Assembly: GCA_016188355.1 (NCBI GenBank)
Contig: JACPHY010000003.1
Coordinates: 8,170 to 72,169 of the forward strand
Reading direction: 5' to 3'
Length of the DNA: 64,000 nucleotides
Source: Candidatus Uhrbacteria bacterium
GTDB lineage: Bacteria; Patescibacteriota; Patescibacteriia; JACPHY01
Part shown: positions 27,799-37,895 of the stretch, one piece after another
Layout: every line of letters starts with the position of its first letter
How positions within the stretch are numbered: position 1 is the first letter of the stretch
Made by a program: the position numbers and the translations under genes
Notes under the pieces: generated by a model
What the model was told of the DNA's origin: nothing
Database searches by the model: none
Seen by the model: only the letters and a program-made list of their open reading frames with translations

Positions 27799-28317
27799 AT
27801 GCGCTGCACTCGTCCGATCGCTGCCGTCCTGTTGATCGCACTATTCCTTGGTGCCGGATGCGCCGCGCAGCAGTCCCCACCGTCACCGGACACCGATGCT
27901 GACGCCGCGATATCCGTGGTGCCCATGCCGACTCCTCCTGCGGCGCCCCCCACTAATGCCACCGCGCCACCCAACCCCATCGCACCGCCGGAGCGCAGCA
28001 ATGCTATCGCCACCACACCGCCTCCGACACCATCAGCCGCTCGCACCATTCGCATGACGGCGCGGCAGTGGGCGTTCGATCCCGAAGAAATTCGCGTGCG
28101 CAAGGATGATCGCGTGATTCTAGAAATCGTGAGCACGGACGTGGACCACGGCATTGCCATTCCCGACTTCCATGTGCGCGAGGATCTCAAAGCAGGGACC
28201 ACGACCCGCGTCGAGTTCGTCGCAAGCAAAACAGGGCGCTTCGATTTTTCCTGCTCCGTCTTCTGCGGCAGTGGCCATCGCAGTATGCGCGGGACGCTCA
28301 TCGTAGAGCCAAAATAG
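27799..28317 (+). CDS. cupredoxin lipoprotein with CuA-type (COX2-like) site
   Basis: LGAGC lipobox, Pro-rich linker, DVDHG and CSVFCGSGHRSM. Confidence 0.85.
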   Translation: MRCTRPIAAVLLIALFLGAGCAAQQSPPSPDTDADAAISVVPMPTPPAAPPTNATAPPNPIAPPERSNAIATTPPPTPSAARTIRMTARQWAFDPEEIRVRKDDRVILEIVSTDVDHGIAIPDFHVREDLKAGTTTRVEFVASKTGRFDFSCSVFCGSGHRSMRGTLIVEPK

Positions 28318-28556
28318 CGCACCACACACCCGCATCGCCCTCTTGACCCCACCCCGAGCCAGTGATAGGCTCAGCCTACTGAGAGGAACCTTCCGGTTCC
28401 CCTCAGCGCTCCCCTCCCTCCGGACGGGCAGCACATCCCTTCGGACGCTTGCCTGCGGGCGTATGCGGGGTCGGGCAAAGCCCTTCTTCCCCGCACACGT
28501 CCTCAGCTGCGCTCGAACAGGTTCCTTCACAATATCGCAATGAATCGGGGGTACCC

Positions 28557-30266
28557 ATGCGTGTTTGCCCGCAGTGCCGTTCGGTCTTTCAGGGCGAAGT
28601 AACGCGCTGTGGGATCGATGGAGAGGCACTCCAAATCACCACGATCGATCCGCTCATCGGCACGTCCATCGGCAATTATCAAATCACCGCACTGCTGGGT
28701 GAGGGCGGCATGTCGCGGGTGTACCGCGCGTCCCACCACACCATTGGATCCGACGTCGCGATCAAGGTGCTCATCGGCAACATCTCCATGGACCAACGGG
28801 CAGTGGAGCGCTTTCGCCGAGAAGCCAATGCAATGGCGAAGATCCATCATCGCAATGTCGCCATGGTCCACGATTACGGAACGACCCCGCAGGGGCTCAC
28901 GTACATGGCCATGGAGTTCCTCTCCGGTCGTTCACTCGCAGATGCCATTGAGGCGGATGGGAAGTTTTCTCCGCCGCGCGCCGCGCGTATTACCCGACAA
29001 ATCGCAGCGGGGCTCAACGCCGCACACGCGCTCGGGTACGTGCATCGCGATCTGAAACCAGGCAACTGCATGCTCATCCACGAGGATGGAGACGAGGTCG
29101 TCAAGCTCCTCGACTTCGGGCTCGTGCGCGTGCAGAGAGATGCGGAACCGGAGAATGTTCGGCTCACGAAAACCGGCTATACGCTCGGCACACCGCTCTA
29201 CATGGCGCCCGAGCAAATTCGTGGCGAGCCAGCGACCCCGCTCACGGATCTCTATGCGCTCGGTGTCGTGCTCTATGAAATGCTCGCCGGCAAGCCGCCG
29301 TTCGCGGGCGCATCGAATGCGGAAGTGTGCTACAAGCACACCTCGGAACTGCCGCCGAAGCTACCGGAATGCGGGGGGCTCGAGGATTGCGCTCTGCAAC
29401 TCCTCAAAAAGATACCCGCACAGCGACCCGGCAGTGCGCAGGAGGTCATCGAGATCCTCGACACAACCCCCATGCAGCGATCGACCGCCGGTCGACGAGC
29501 CGCCGCACTCAGTGAACCCGCGATCACGTACGGGGACGTGATCCCCGTACTGCGTGAACACCGTGAATGGTCGCGCACCGAACGGAAGCTCATCCTCGGC
29601 GCCCCGCTGCTGCTCATGAGCATCCTCGCCATTGTGGCGTGGTGGAAACGCGCGGACGTCGTCGATCGCTCCGCCACCGAACCTCCGACGGCCATCTCCA
29701 CGCCCGCGGCTATTCCTCCCCCGCCAATTGCAGCGCCGACGCATACCGGAACCGCTACCCCCGCCACCGTGCGCACACCACCCGTGATCGACGCGAGTCC
29801 TCCGATCGCCACGCCCCCTCCGAAGGCACGGACTCCCACGGAAACCGATCGCGCCGCACTCGCTGCACTCCGGCGCTCCATTGAGAGCGATGCTGCCGCG
29901 CGCGGACTCACGGCGACCGACCTCGCACATCTCCCCGCGCTCGCTCCCACCTATACGTCATGGCGGCGCGCGGTCAGTGGAAATAATCTGCAATCCGCCA
30001 CAGAGGCAACGCAACGCATGCGCACCGCCATCACCGCGCTCGTCTTCGACGCGGCAACGATCGATGCGAAATTCCAGATCGTCCGAACTGCGCTCGCCCA
30101 AGCGAATATCGCGGACCCCGTCCGCATGGCAGATCTCGAAGGACAGCTCGACGAACTGGCACGTGCGGCACGCTCGGACCGCATGACCGACGCGGAGCGT
30201 CCGAGACTCTTCCAACAGCTCGCCGGCATCGAGCGCCGCATCCGAACAACGCACGCCGCTCCGTAG
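28557..30266 (+). CDS. Hanks-type Ser/Thr protein kinase with N-terminal zinc ribbon and a TM segment
   Basis: CPQC...CGIDG; LGEGGMSRVY, VAIK, HRDLKPGN, DFG, GTPLYMAPE. Confidence 0.95.
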   Translation: MRVCPQCRSVFQGEVTRCGIDGEALQITTIDPLIGTSIGNYQITALLGEGGMSRVYRASHHTIGSDVAIKVLIGNISMDQRAVERFRREANAMAKIHHRNVAMVHDYGTTPQGLTYMAMEFLSGRSLADAIEADGKFSPPRAARITRQIAAGLNAAHALGYVHRDLKPGNCMLIHEDGDEVVKLLDFGLVRVQRDAEPENVRLTKTGYTLGTPLYMAPEQIRGEPATPLTDLYALGVVLYEMLAGKPPFAGASNAEVCYKHTSELPPKLPECGGLEDCALQLLKKIPAQRPGSAQEVIEILDTTPMQRSTAGRRAAALSEPAITYGDVIPVLREHREWSRTERKLILGAPLLLMSILAIVAWWKRADVVDRSATEPPTAISTPAAIPPPPIAAPTHTGTATPATVRTPPVIDASPPIATPPPKARTPTETDRAALAALRRSIESDAAARGLTATDLAHLPALAPTYTSWRRAVSGNNLQSATEATQRMRTAITALVFDAATIDAKFQIVRTALAQANIADPVRMADLEGQLDELARAARSDRMTDAERPRLFQQLAGIERRIRTTHAAP

Positions 30267-30342
30267 TGACTGCTCTCGAGAGGATCCCCCCGGGGGGTCC
30301 TCTTTTTCGTTCTCCGCGTGGTCCGCGGTACACTGGAGCTAC

Positions 30343-31194
30343 ATGATGACCATTGCGCAACTCGAACGCAAAGCGAGTGCCATTCGACAGGATTGCATTC
30401 GGATGCTCACGGAAGCGGGATCGGGACACTCCGCCGGATCGTTGGGCATGGCAGATATTTTTACCGCACTTTATTTCGGCGGCATCTTCACCCACGATCC
30501 GGCACACCCCGATGATCCACACCGCGATCGTCTCTTCCTCTCGAATGGACACATCTGTCCCATCTGGTACACCACCCTTGCGCATGCGGGCTACTGCTCG
30601 CGCGAGGAGATGCTCCATACGCTGCGCGCCCTGGGCACGCGCCTCCAAGGACACCCACACCGCAAAGCGCTCCCGCCCATTGAGAATCCCTCCGGGCCGC
30701 TTGGCCAGGGCCTTTCGCAGGCAGTGGGATATGCGCTCGCCGCAAAAATGGATCGCCGAAAGTTTCAGGTGTACTGCATCCTCAGCGACGGCGAACATGA
30801 TGAGGGGCAAACCTGGGAGGCCATCCTCTTTGCGGGCAAACATCGGCTCGACAACGTCACCGCAATTCTCGATCGCAACAACATTCAAATCGATGGCATG
30901 ACGGAGGACATCATGCCGCTCGAACCGCTCCGCGCAAAATACGAAGCCTTCAACTGGCATGTGATCGAAATTGACGGCCATCATCACGAACAAATTATCG
31001 CCGCCTGTAGCGAAGCGAAGGCGATCTATGAGAAACCGGTCCTCATCCTCGCGCACACCATCCCGGGCAAGGGCGTTGATTTCATGGAGTTCCAATACGA
31101 GTGGCACGGAAAGCCCCCGAACGCCGCGGAGGCAAAGGAGGCGCTCCGACAACTGCGGACACTCGGGGGGAAGATCCACGGAGAACACGAGTGA
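30343..31194 (+). CDS. transketolase N-terminal subunit
   Basis: SGHSAGSL, DRLFLSNGH, LQGHP, SDGEHDEG TPP-binding motif. Confidence 0.95.
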   Translation: MMTIAQLERKASAIRQDCIRMLTEAGSGHSAGSLGMADIFTALYFGGIFTHDPAHPDDPHRDRLFLSNGHICPIWYTTLAHAGYCSREEMLHTLRALGTRLQGHPHRKALPPIENPSGPLGQGLSQAVGYALAAKMDRRKFQVYCILSDGEHDEGQTWEAILFAGKHRLDNVTAILDRNNIQIDGMTEDIMPLEPLRAKYEAFNWHVIEIDGHHHEQIIAACSEAKAIYEKPVLILAHTIPGKGVDFMEFQYEWHGKPPNAAEAKEALRQLRTLGGKIHGEHE

Positions 31195-32342
31195 CCTGCA
31201 AAGCAAATTTCCTTCCCTTTGTGCTCGCCAAACATCTCCACGCCAAACTCTTCACGAATCAGGTCGTACAACTCCCCACCCGAAATGGGTACGGGGATGG
31301 ACTCGTGCTCGCGGGCCGGCAGAATCCTGATGTGGTGGTGCTGTGTTGCGATCTCACAGAATCCACGCGCTCGCTCGCATTTCAAAAGGAATTCCCCAAT
31401 CGGTTCGTGGAGGTCGGCGTGGCGGAGCAGAACATGATGGGACTTGCCGCGGGCATGGCGGCGTACGGCAAGGTGCCGTTCGCTTCGAGCTATGCGGTGT
31501 TCTCACCGGGGCGCAATTGGGATCAAGTGCGCGTCTCCGTCGCATACGCGGAGGCAAATGTGAAAATTGCCGGCGCGCACTCCGGTATCTCCGTTGGCCC
31601 GGATGGCGCTACCCACCAGGCACTCGAGGATATCGCGATCACGCGCGTCCTGCCGAATATGGTAGTGCTCGCACCCTGCGATGCGCACGAAACGCGGAAG
31701 GCGACCCTCGCCGCTGCCGCACATCACGGTCCGGTATACCTCCGATTCACGCGCGAACCATCACCGGTACTCACCACACCGCGATCACCATTCATGATCG
31801 GCAAGGCACAGGTATTCCGTACGGGCACCGATGCCACGATCGTGGCATGCGGGCCGCTCGTCTATGAAGCGCTCCTCGCTGCGGAGTGCATCGCGGGCAA
31901 TGGAGCGGCACAGCGCATCCTCCGGGATCGATATCCCGCACTCACCGCGCGCCTCACGCAATCCGCACTCCCCGGCCACACCCGCGAGCGCGCGCAGACG
32001 GTCACCGTTTGGACTCCCGAGTCCATCCGCGATCTCCTCTCGGATATCGGGAGACGTGACATCGAGGTCATCAATTCCCCCTCCGTGAAACCGCTCGATG
32101 CCGACACCATCGCGAAGAGCGCCGCAAAAACGGGCCGCGTCGTCACCGTGGAAGAACATCAGATCACCGGAGGACTTTTTGGTGCGGTCGCGGAAGCGCT
32201 CGCACCGCGGTGTCCGGTACCGATCCTCCCCATCGGCATGCCCGACTCCTTCGGAGAATCCGGGGAACCTAGGGAGCTCCTCGAAAAATATGGCATGACG
32301 GCACCCTTCATCATCCAGGCCATCGGACGACTCCTCTCCTAA
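31191..32342 (+). CDS. transketolase C-terminal subunit
   Basis: GVAEQNM, GPDGATHQ, VKPLD, VEEH; start GTG 31191 or 31221. Confidence 0.94.
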   Translation: MTCKANFLPFVLAKHLHAKLFTNQVVQLPTRNGYGDGLVLAGRQNPDVVVLCCDLTESTRSLAFQKEFPNRFVEVGVAEQNMMGLAAGMAAYGKVPFASSYAVFSPGRNWDQVRVSVAYAEANVKIAGAHSGISVGPDGATHQALEDIAITRVLPNMVVLAPCDAHETRKATLAAAAHHGPVYLRFTREPSPVLTTPRSPFMIGKAQVFRTGTDATIVACGPLVYEALLAAECIAGNGAAQRILRDRYPALTARLTQSALPGHTRERAQTVTVWTPESIRDLLSDIGRRDIEVINSPSVKPLDADTIAKSAAKTGRVVTVEEHQITGGLFGAVAEALAPRCPVPILPIGMPDSFGESGEPRELLEKYGMTAPFIIQAIGRLLS

Positions 32343-32475
32343 TCGAGGATACACGAAAAAGAACCGCTGCGCACAGCGGTTCTTTTTGTTTGAAATCCCA
32401 GAAATTGGATGCGGAGGATTCTCCTAGTGTAAGGTTACGGCACTCTGGCGCATTCCTGTGATATGCGCACCTCGT

Positions 32476-33018
32476 GTGCCTGATATCCCACTCCGTTCGC
32501 CCACCACGGCCGCCGAAGAGTCCGCGCTCTGCACACGTGCCCGTCAGGGCGACCGTGCTGCGGTTCGCGCGCTCTTCGATTGCTACGCGCAACGGCTGTA
32601 CGGATATCTGCTACATACGTTGCGCGATCCGCAGCTCGCTTCCGATTGCTTCCAACAAACCTGGCTACGTGCGATCGAGCAATTCCCTCGATTCGAGGAT
32701 CGCGGCGCATCCTTCGGTGCATGGCTCTTCACGATCGCTCGAAATGAATGCCGCCAGCACTGGCGCCGACGCACCAATGAGCCGCTCGATGCCATCACGC
32801 ACGACGTGCCGGTGCCCAGCCCACAGCATGCCATCGCCAACGCGATCGAAATAGAACGCGTGCTCACCCAACTCCACGAAGACGATCGGGAACTCCTCCG
32901 CCTCCGCTACCTCGCCGACCTCCCCGTCGCCACCATCGCGCGCACCTTAGGCATCCGGACCGCGACCGCGCATGTCCGTATCCATCGCGCGCTCCGACGC
33001 GCGCGCCGTCTCCTATGA
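32476..33018 (+). CDS. ECF RNA polymerase sigma-70 factor
   Basis: Region 2 (ASDCFQQTWLRA...FGAWLFTIARN) and region 4 HTH (IARTLG...VRIHRA); start approximate. Confidence 0.9.
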   Translation: MPDIPLRSPTTAAEESALCTRARQGDRAAVRALFDCYAQRLYGYLLHTLRDPQLASDCFQQTWLRAIEQFPRFEDRGASFGAWLFTIARNECRQHWRRRTNEPLDAITHDVPVPSPQHAIANAIEIERVLTQLHEDDRELLRLRYLADLPVATIARTLGIRTATAHVRIHRALRRARRLL

Positions 33019-33539
33019 TTCGCCATCCCCGCATCACGTCCCGTCATCTCCGCGCGTGGGGCAACACGCATCGTCCGCCGCTTCCCCCATCGCTCACCGC
33101 ATTCCGTTCAGAGCTCCTGGATCGGGTGCGCCCGAACGCACCGATGCCGGAAACCCGACCCGTGCTCTTCCCCTGGGCGCCGGTCGCGCTCATGGGAGCA
33201 GCAGTACTCATCCTCATTATTGCCCCACCAACACCCCCAACACTGACCGCCACGCGCGCGTCACCGCTCACCACATCGTTGCCCGCGCCCACGAGCAAAA
33301 AACGTCTGCCGGATCAGGGCGCGGCGGAGATGGCGCTTGCGCTCCGTGCCCCGGAAATGCCCCATGCCGACGCATCGCCGCAAGTTTCGGAACGCACCTT
33401 CGGGCAACCCGCCGGACTCGCGCAGTCCTCCCGTCCCTCCCCACTGCCTGCCGTACTGCGCGCGTGCAGCGCGGCACTACTCCTCATCCTCGCGATCATC
33501 CAAGTGCTGCGCTGGCGACGACCCCGTGCCACGTCATGA
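33015..33539 (+). CDS. putative anti-sigma factor (membrane protein)
   Basis: ATGA-coupled to the ECF sigma; two TM segments. Confidence 0.55.
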   Translation: MIRHPRITSRHLRAWGNTHRPPLPPSLTAFRSELLDRVRPNAPMPETRPVLFPWAPVALMGAAVLILIIAPPTPPTLTATRASPLTTSLPAPTSKKRLPDQGAAEMALALRAPEMPHADASPQVSERTFGQPAGLAQSSRPSPLPAVLRACSAALLLILAIIQVLRWRRPRATS

Positions 33540-35776
33540 GCAGGTTACTCAAAAGAACTCCCCATATGCGCCGCTGGCTTTTCTTCACGCTCCTGGCCGT
33601 ACCGCTCCTCGGACTTGCGCTCCGGTTCACCCCCATCTCCCATGCGGAGGAGCGGCCCGTCCCCGTCGTCAGTACCCCGGACCTTCCCGCCGGTTCGCTC
33701 CGCATCATCACCGACCACCCCGACCAACCGCCGCGCACGTTGCCGCTCCGGCATACGTCGGTGGAGGCGGATGTCGCCGGCAACGTGAGCGCGGTCACCG
33801 TGCGTCAGGAATTCGTGAATCCGGCCACCGATCCTATTGAGGCGGTGTACGTATTCCCCTTGCCTGAAGATGCGGCCGTGCATGCCATGGAAATGCACAT
33901 CGACGATCGCGTCATCAAAGGCACCGTTCGCACCCGCGATGAGGCGCGCCGCACCTACGAAACCGCGCGCGCGAATGGCCAACGCACGAGCCTCCTCGAG
34001 CAGGAGCGTCCGAATATCTTCACGCAGTCCGTTGCCAATATTCCACCAGGAGCATCGATCACCATCGAACTCCGATACGTGCACGCGCTCGTTCCGGATG
34101 ACGGCCAGTACACATTCGTCTACCCCATGGTCGTCGGCCCGCGCTACATCCCAGGAGCACGCATAGGGCAACAGGGCACTGGGTGGTCATCGGACACGGA
34201 CCGTGTGCCCGACGCATCCCGCGTCACCCCGCCCGTCCTTCCACCGGGCGAGCGCTCGGGCCACGATATCGAACTCACCGTGCGCCTCGATGCCGGTCTT
34301 CCCATTGACCAGCTTCGCGCACTCGCGCACGCAGTCGACGTGGAGCGCGGCACCGATACCCGAGCAACCATCCGCATTCGGCCATCGGATCGCGTACCCA
34401 ACAAAGATTTCGTCCTCCGCTGGCGCACGCCCACCCGCGCGATCACCCCCACACTCCTCGCGCATCGCGTGGAAGGGGATGGCCATTTCCTCCTCCTCAT
34501 CCAGCCACCCGCAACTCCTCCGGAGGATACCATCATCCCCAAGGAGCTCATCTTTATCGTGGATACGTCTGGCTCCATGTCGGGCCACCCCCTCGCGAAG
34601 GTACAGGCGGCAATGCGCTATGCGCTCGATCACCTCCATCCGAACGATACGTTCACCATCTTGAGCTTCCAGCACACGACGGACTGGTTCTCCGAGCGAC
34701 CCGTACCCGCGACCCGGGAGCACATTGCCCGCGCGCAGCAGTACATCAACGGACTCGCCGCGCGCGGCGGAACAGAAATGCTCCGTGCCACCCAGGCGGC
34801 GCTCCGCCTCCCCGAATCAAACGATCGTCGCGTGCGCATTGTCTCGCTCATGAGTGATGGGTACGTGGGCAACGAACGAGAAATCCTCACCCAGGTCGCT
34901 ACCGATCTCGGCAACACACGACTCTTCCCGTTCGGTGTCGGTTCCTCCGTGAACCGCCACCTCATCACCGCGCTCGCACAGGTGGGACGCGGGCACGCGA
35001 CCGTCATCACCCTCCAGGAACCGGAGGATGCGGCCGTGCAACACTTCTATGACCGCCTCGCGCAACCGATGCTCACGAACATCCAGATCGATTGGGGCGG
35101 GCTCGCCGTCCATGCCACCACCCCAGACCCGCTTCCTGATCTCTTCGCTGGCCAATTGGTCGCGGTGACCGGGAAATACACGCACGGTGGCTCGGGGACG
35201 ATCCGTGTCCGCGGCATGCTCCGTGGCGCATCCACCGAGTTCCCGCTCTCCGTGACGTTGCCGGAATCGGAATCCGCACATGACGCAATCCCGACGATCT
35301 GGGCGCGCTCCCGCGTGGAGGCCATCAGCAACAATTACCGCGCCACCGAAACCGAGCAGCAGGACCAGATCACGGCGCTCGGACTCACCTACAACATCGC
35401 CACCGCCTACACCTCGTTCGTGGCAGTGGATACCACACCAGCAAGCGCGCCGGGACAACTGCCGCGCACCGTCCCCGTTCCGGTACTGATTCCCGATGGC
35501 GTGTCCCACGATGGCATCTTCGGGCAAATGCAGTTTGGATTGTCGGCCGGAATCGCCGCACCGCAGGCGGATACGAAACGTGGACGCATGCATGGGGCAC
35601 GGGAAGAATCCCTCGCACCGGTTGCCGCGCTCAGCCCGGACGCAGCCGCGCCATCATCCCCGAACACGCAGCCCGTGTCCTCGCGCGCCCGCATCATCGC
35701 CCTCGTCATCGCCGGGATCACCGCATGCGTGCTCCTCGCCCGCATGATCCGCTCGCGCCTCCGCCCGCACCCATAA
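33536..35776 (+). CDS. VIT and vWA domain exported protein
   Basis: VIT (QEFVNP...EAVYVFPLP), MIDAS DTSGSM, GGTE, SDG; N-terminal signal and C-terminal TM anchor. Confidence 0.92.
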   Translation: MSRLLKRTPHMRRWLFFTLLAVPLLGLALRFTPISHAEERPVPVVSTPDLPAGSLRIITDHPDQPPRTLPLRHTSVEADVAGNVSAVTVRQEFVNPATDPIEAVYVFPLPEDAAVHAMEMHIDDRVIKGTVRTRDEARRTYETARANGQRTSLLEQERPNIFTQSVANIPPGASITIELRYVHALVPDDGQYTFVYPMVVGPRYIPGARIGQQGTGWSSDTDRVPDASRVTPPVLPPGERSGHDIELTVRLDAGLPIDQLRALAHAVDVERGTDTRATIRIRPSDRVPNKDFVLRWRTPTRAITPTLLAHRVEGDGHFLLLIQPPATPPEDTIIPKELIFIVDTSGSMSGHPLAKVQAAMRYALDHLHPNDTFTILSFQHTTDWFSERPVPATREHIARAQQYINGLAARGGTEMLRATQAALRLPESNDRRVRIVSLMSDGYVGNEREILTQVATDLGNTRLFPFGVGSSVNRHLITALAQVGRGHATVITLQEPEDAAVQHFYDRLAQPMLTNIQIDWGGLAVHATTPDPLPDLFAGQLVAVTGKYTHGGSGTIRVRGMLRGASTEFPLSVTLPESESAHDAIPTIWARSRVEAISNNYRATETEQQDQITALGLTYNIATAYTSFVAVDTTPASAPGQLPRTVPVPVLIPDGVSHDGIFGQMQFGLSAGIAAPQADTKRGRMHGAREESLAPVAALSPDAAAPSSPNTQPVSSRARIIALVIAGITACVLLARMIRSRLRPHP

Positions 35777-35902
35777 GCATCGCTACCGCCCACACGACCG
35801 TGCGTCGTGTGGGCGGTGCGTCTCCGCGCATCCGGTGCATGATATGCTGTGCGCAACCGCTGCTCGTGTCCGGTTGCTCAATTGGACGGACGGCGCGCAC
35901 CT

Positions 35903-36886
35903 ATGCACGACCTCGTGACGATCGGGGATATCAAGCTCGACACGTTCATCGTTCTGCCCGATGCGCATCTCCAGTGCAATTTTCGACAGGCAGACCGCGC
36001 CTGCTATCTCTGTCTCGAACATGGTGCCAAGATTCCTGTGGAGGATTTCGAACCACAAATCGCCGGATCCGCGGCAAATGTGGCGGTGGGCATGCGCCGC
36101 CTGGGATTCACCACCGCCATCGTGGCGATCCTCGGCAAGGACGCAACCCGAGCACTCGCGAAAGCCCGGCTCGCGGAGGAACGTGTGGATGCGCGGTATC
36201 TGAAAACCCTGAAACACGAACGTTCGAGCTACTCCATCGTCATCACATATAAAGGCGAACGCACGATGCTCACCGCGCATCGTCCCCATCACTACCATCT
36301 CCCTGCGCTCCGACCGTTCAAATGTCTCTATCTTTCGGAAATGGGCAAAGATTTTGAGGAGCTCTTCCACGATGCAACGGCGCTCGTGCGGCGACGCGGT
36401 GCGAAGCTCGCCATCAACCCCGGCACGATCCAACTCCAAGCAGGGCAACGGAAACTCCTCCCCACCCTCAAGGCAACGGACGTGCTCTTTGTGAACAAAG
36501 AAGAGGGCGAACAACTCCTCAACGGACGACGCGGGGAGGGCATCGATATCCGCCACACGATCACTGCACTCTGGAAACTCGGACCACAAGTGGTCGTACT
36601 CACTGATGGGAAGCGCGGTGCCTATGCCTTCGATGGTGGCGAGGTCTGGTATCTCCCCCCGTTTCCCACGACGGTCGTGGAGATGACCGGTGCGGGCGAT
36701 AGCTTCGCCACCGGATTCCTCGCCGCGCGGATGCATGGCAAGCCACTTGCCGAGTGCCTCCGCTGGGGCGCTGCCAATGCCACATCCGTCATTGGCATGG
36801 TTGGCCCGCAACCGGGACTCCTCACGAAAACCACCATGACCAAGATGCTCCGCGCACACCCCGCGGTCACCGCACGCGCCATATAA
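35903..36886 (+). CDS. PfkB-family carbohydrate kinase
   Basis: AGSAANVA, TDGKRGA, MTGAGDSF. Confidence 0.93.
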   Translation: MHDLVTIGDIKLDTFIVLPDAHLQCNFRQADRACYLCLEHGAKIPVEDFEPQIAGSAANVAVGMRRLGFTTAIVAILGKDATRALAKARLAEERVDARYLKTLKHERSSYSIVITYKGERTMLTAHRPHHYHLPALRPFKCLYLSEMGKDFEELFHDATALVRRRGAKLAINPGTIQLQAGQRKLLPTLKATDVLFVNKEEGEQLLNGRRGEGIDIRHTITALWKLGPQVVVLTDGKRGAYAFDGGEVWYLPPFPTTVVEMTGAGDSFATGFLAARMHGKPLAECLRWGAANATSVIGMVGPQPGLLTKTTMTKMLRAHPAVTARAI

Positions 36887-36898
36887 CGCGACCGCAAA

Positions 36899-36930
36899 AT
36901 ATCCCTGGATGCAGCTGCATCCAGGGATAT
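36899..36930. terminator. perfect 32-bp palindrome between convergent genes
   Basis: ATATCCCTGGATGCAG|CTGCATCCAGGGATAT. Confidence 0.6.
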
Positions 36931-36933
36931 GCG

Positions 36934-37533
36934 TTACCGGCGTTCGTCGCTTCCGCCCCCACTGCGCGCGGCGCCGACCCATGGGTCATCAACCGCGAAC
37001 GGATGATCCGGCCAGATACGCGCGCTCGCCACATCTGCGCAATGGCAACACGCCGCGAGTGGACTCATGTGCCGCTGATGCTCGGAGTACACCCCAATCT
37101 CTCCCTCGACGTACCGAAGCGCATCCTCCTGCTCCGCGGTGAGAATGATGCCAAACGCACGAATCTGCTCGATCCGGAACGCATGCTGCGCCGGTTTCGG
37201 CTGCAGGTCTGAGGTACGCTCGTACGTGCCATCTGCATGCCGAACAATCGCCCATGGCTTCTCGATGTCATGGAGGAAGCTGACGAGCAAGGCGTCTGAC
37301 AGGGCGTAGGGCTGCCGTCGCAGCGCGGAAAGGAGATGATAAAATTGGATCACCAGATTCATGCATTCCCGGATGTGATCCAAGTATCCGCCGGGCCAGG
37401 CCTGATGATTGTGTGTGGAGCCAGGCGCACCCGCATGATGGGCGCGCAGATGCTCGAGGAGCCGTCGGCATGCGGTACGGTTTGGCTCGGATATCATCTC
37501 GAGCATGGCGTCGATGGTGAAGTACGTCTGCAT
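36934..37533 (-). CDS. HD-domain metal-dependent hydrolase
   Basis: NHQAWPGGYLDH, FLHDIEK, HCAD; GGAGG RBS before MQTYF. Confidence 0.82.
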   Translation of the reverse strand: MQTYFTIDAMLEMISEPNRTACRRLLEHLRAHHAGAPGSTHNHQAWPGGYLDHIRECMNLVIQFYHLLSALRRQPYALSDALLVSFLHDIEKPWAIVRHADGTYERTSDLQPKPAQHAFRIEQIRAFGIILTAEQEDALRYVEGEIGVYSEHQRHMSPLAACCHCADVASARIWPDHPFAVDDPWVGAARSGGGSDERR

Positions 37534-37633
37534 GGTGCCTCCGTTGGGAATGTGCGCGCCCAGCGTACCGATCGGTACGCCCCTCGTCAAGACGTGCGAT
37601 CGAATGATACGGTGACACCATCAGAATCCCTCT

Positions 37634-37894
37634 ATGATGCGCCGCGCTCCACGATCCGCTGTGCACGTCGTCATGGAAGTGATCGGTTGGCTGGGGGCGC
37701 TGGCAGTGTTGATTGCCTACGCGCTCGTGAGCCTCCAGTGGATCACGTCCGCCGATCCCCGATTCCCTATGCTGAATGGCCTTGGTGCGCTGGGACTCGC
37801 GGCACATGCCATCACGGCGCGCGATTATCCGATCGTGGCATTAAATAGTATTTGGCTCGTGATCGCCCTCATCGCACTGTTCTCATCCTACTGA
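37634..37894 (+). CDS. small 3-TM membrane protein (CBU_0592-like)
   Basis: IGWLGA..VLIAY.L, LN.LGA, LN.IW pattern. Confidence 0.75.
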   Translation: MMRRAPRSAVHVVMEVIGWLGALAVLIAYALVSLQWITSADPRFPMLNGLGALGLAAHAITARDYPIVALNSIWLVIALIALFSSY

Positions 37895-37895
37895 T

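Noticed and set aside
36934-37533. HD protein as a split Cas3 nuclease partner for the helicase
   Set aside because: It lies 27 kb away on the opposite strand, and the helicase is DinG-type rather than Cas3-type.
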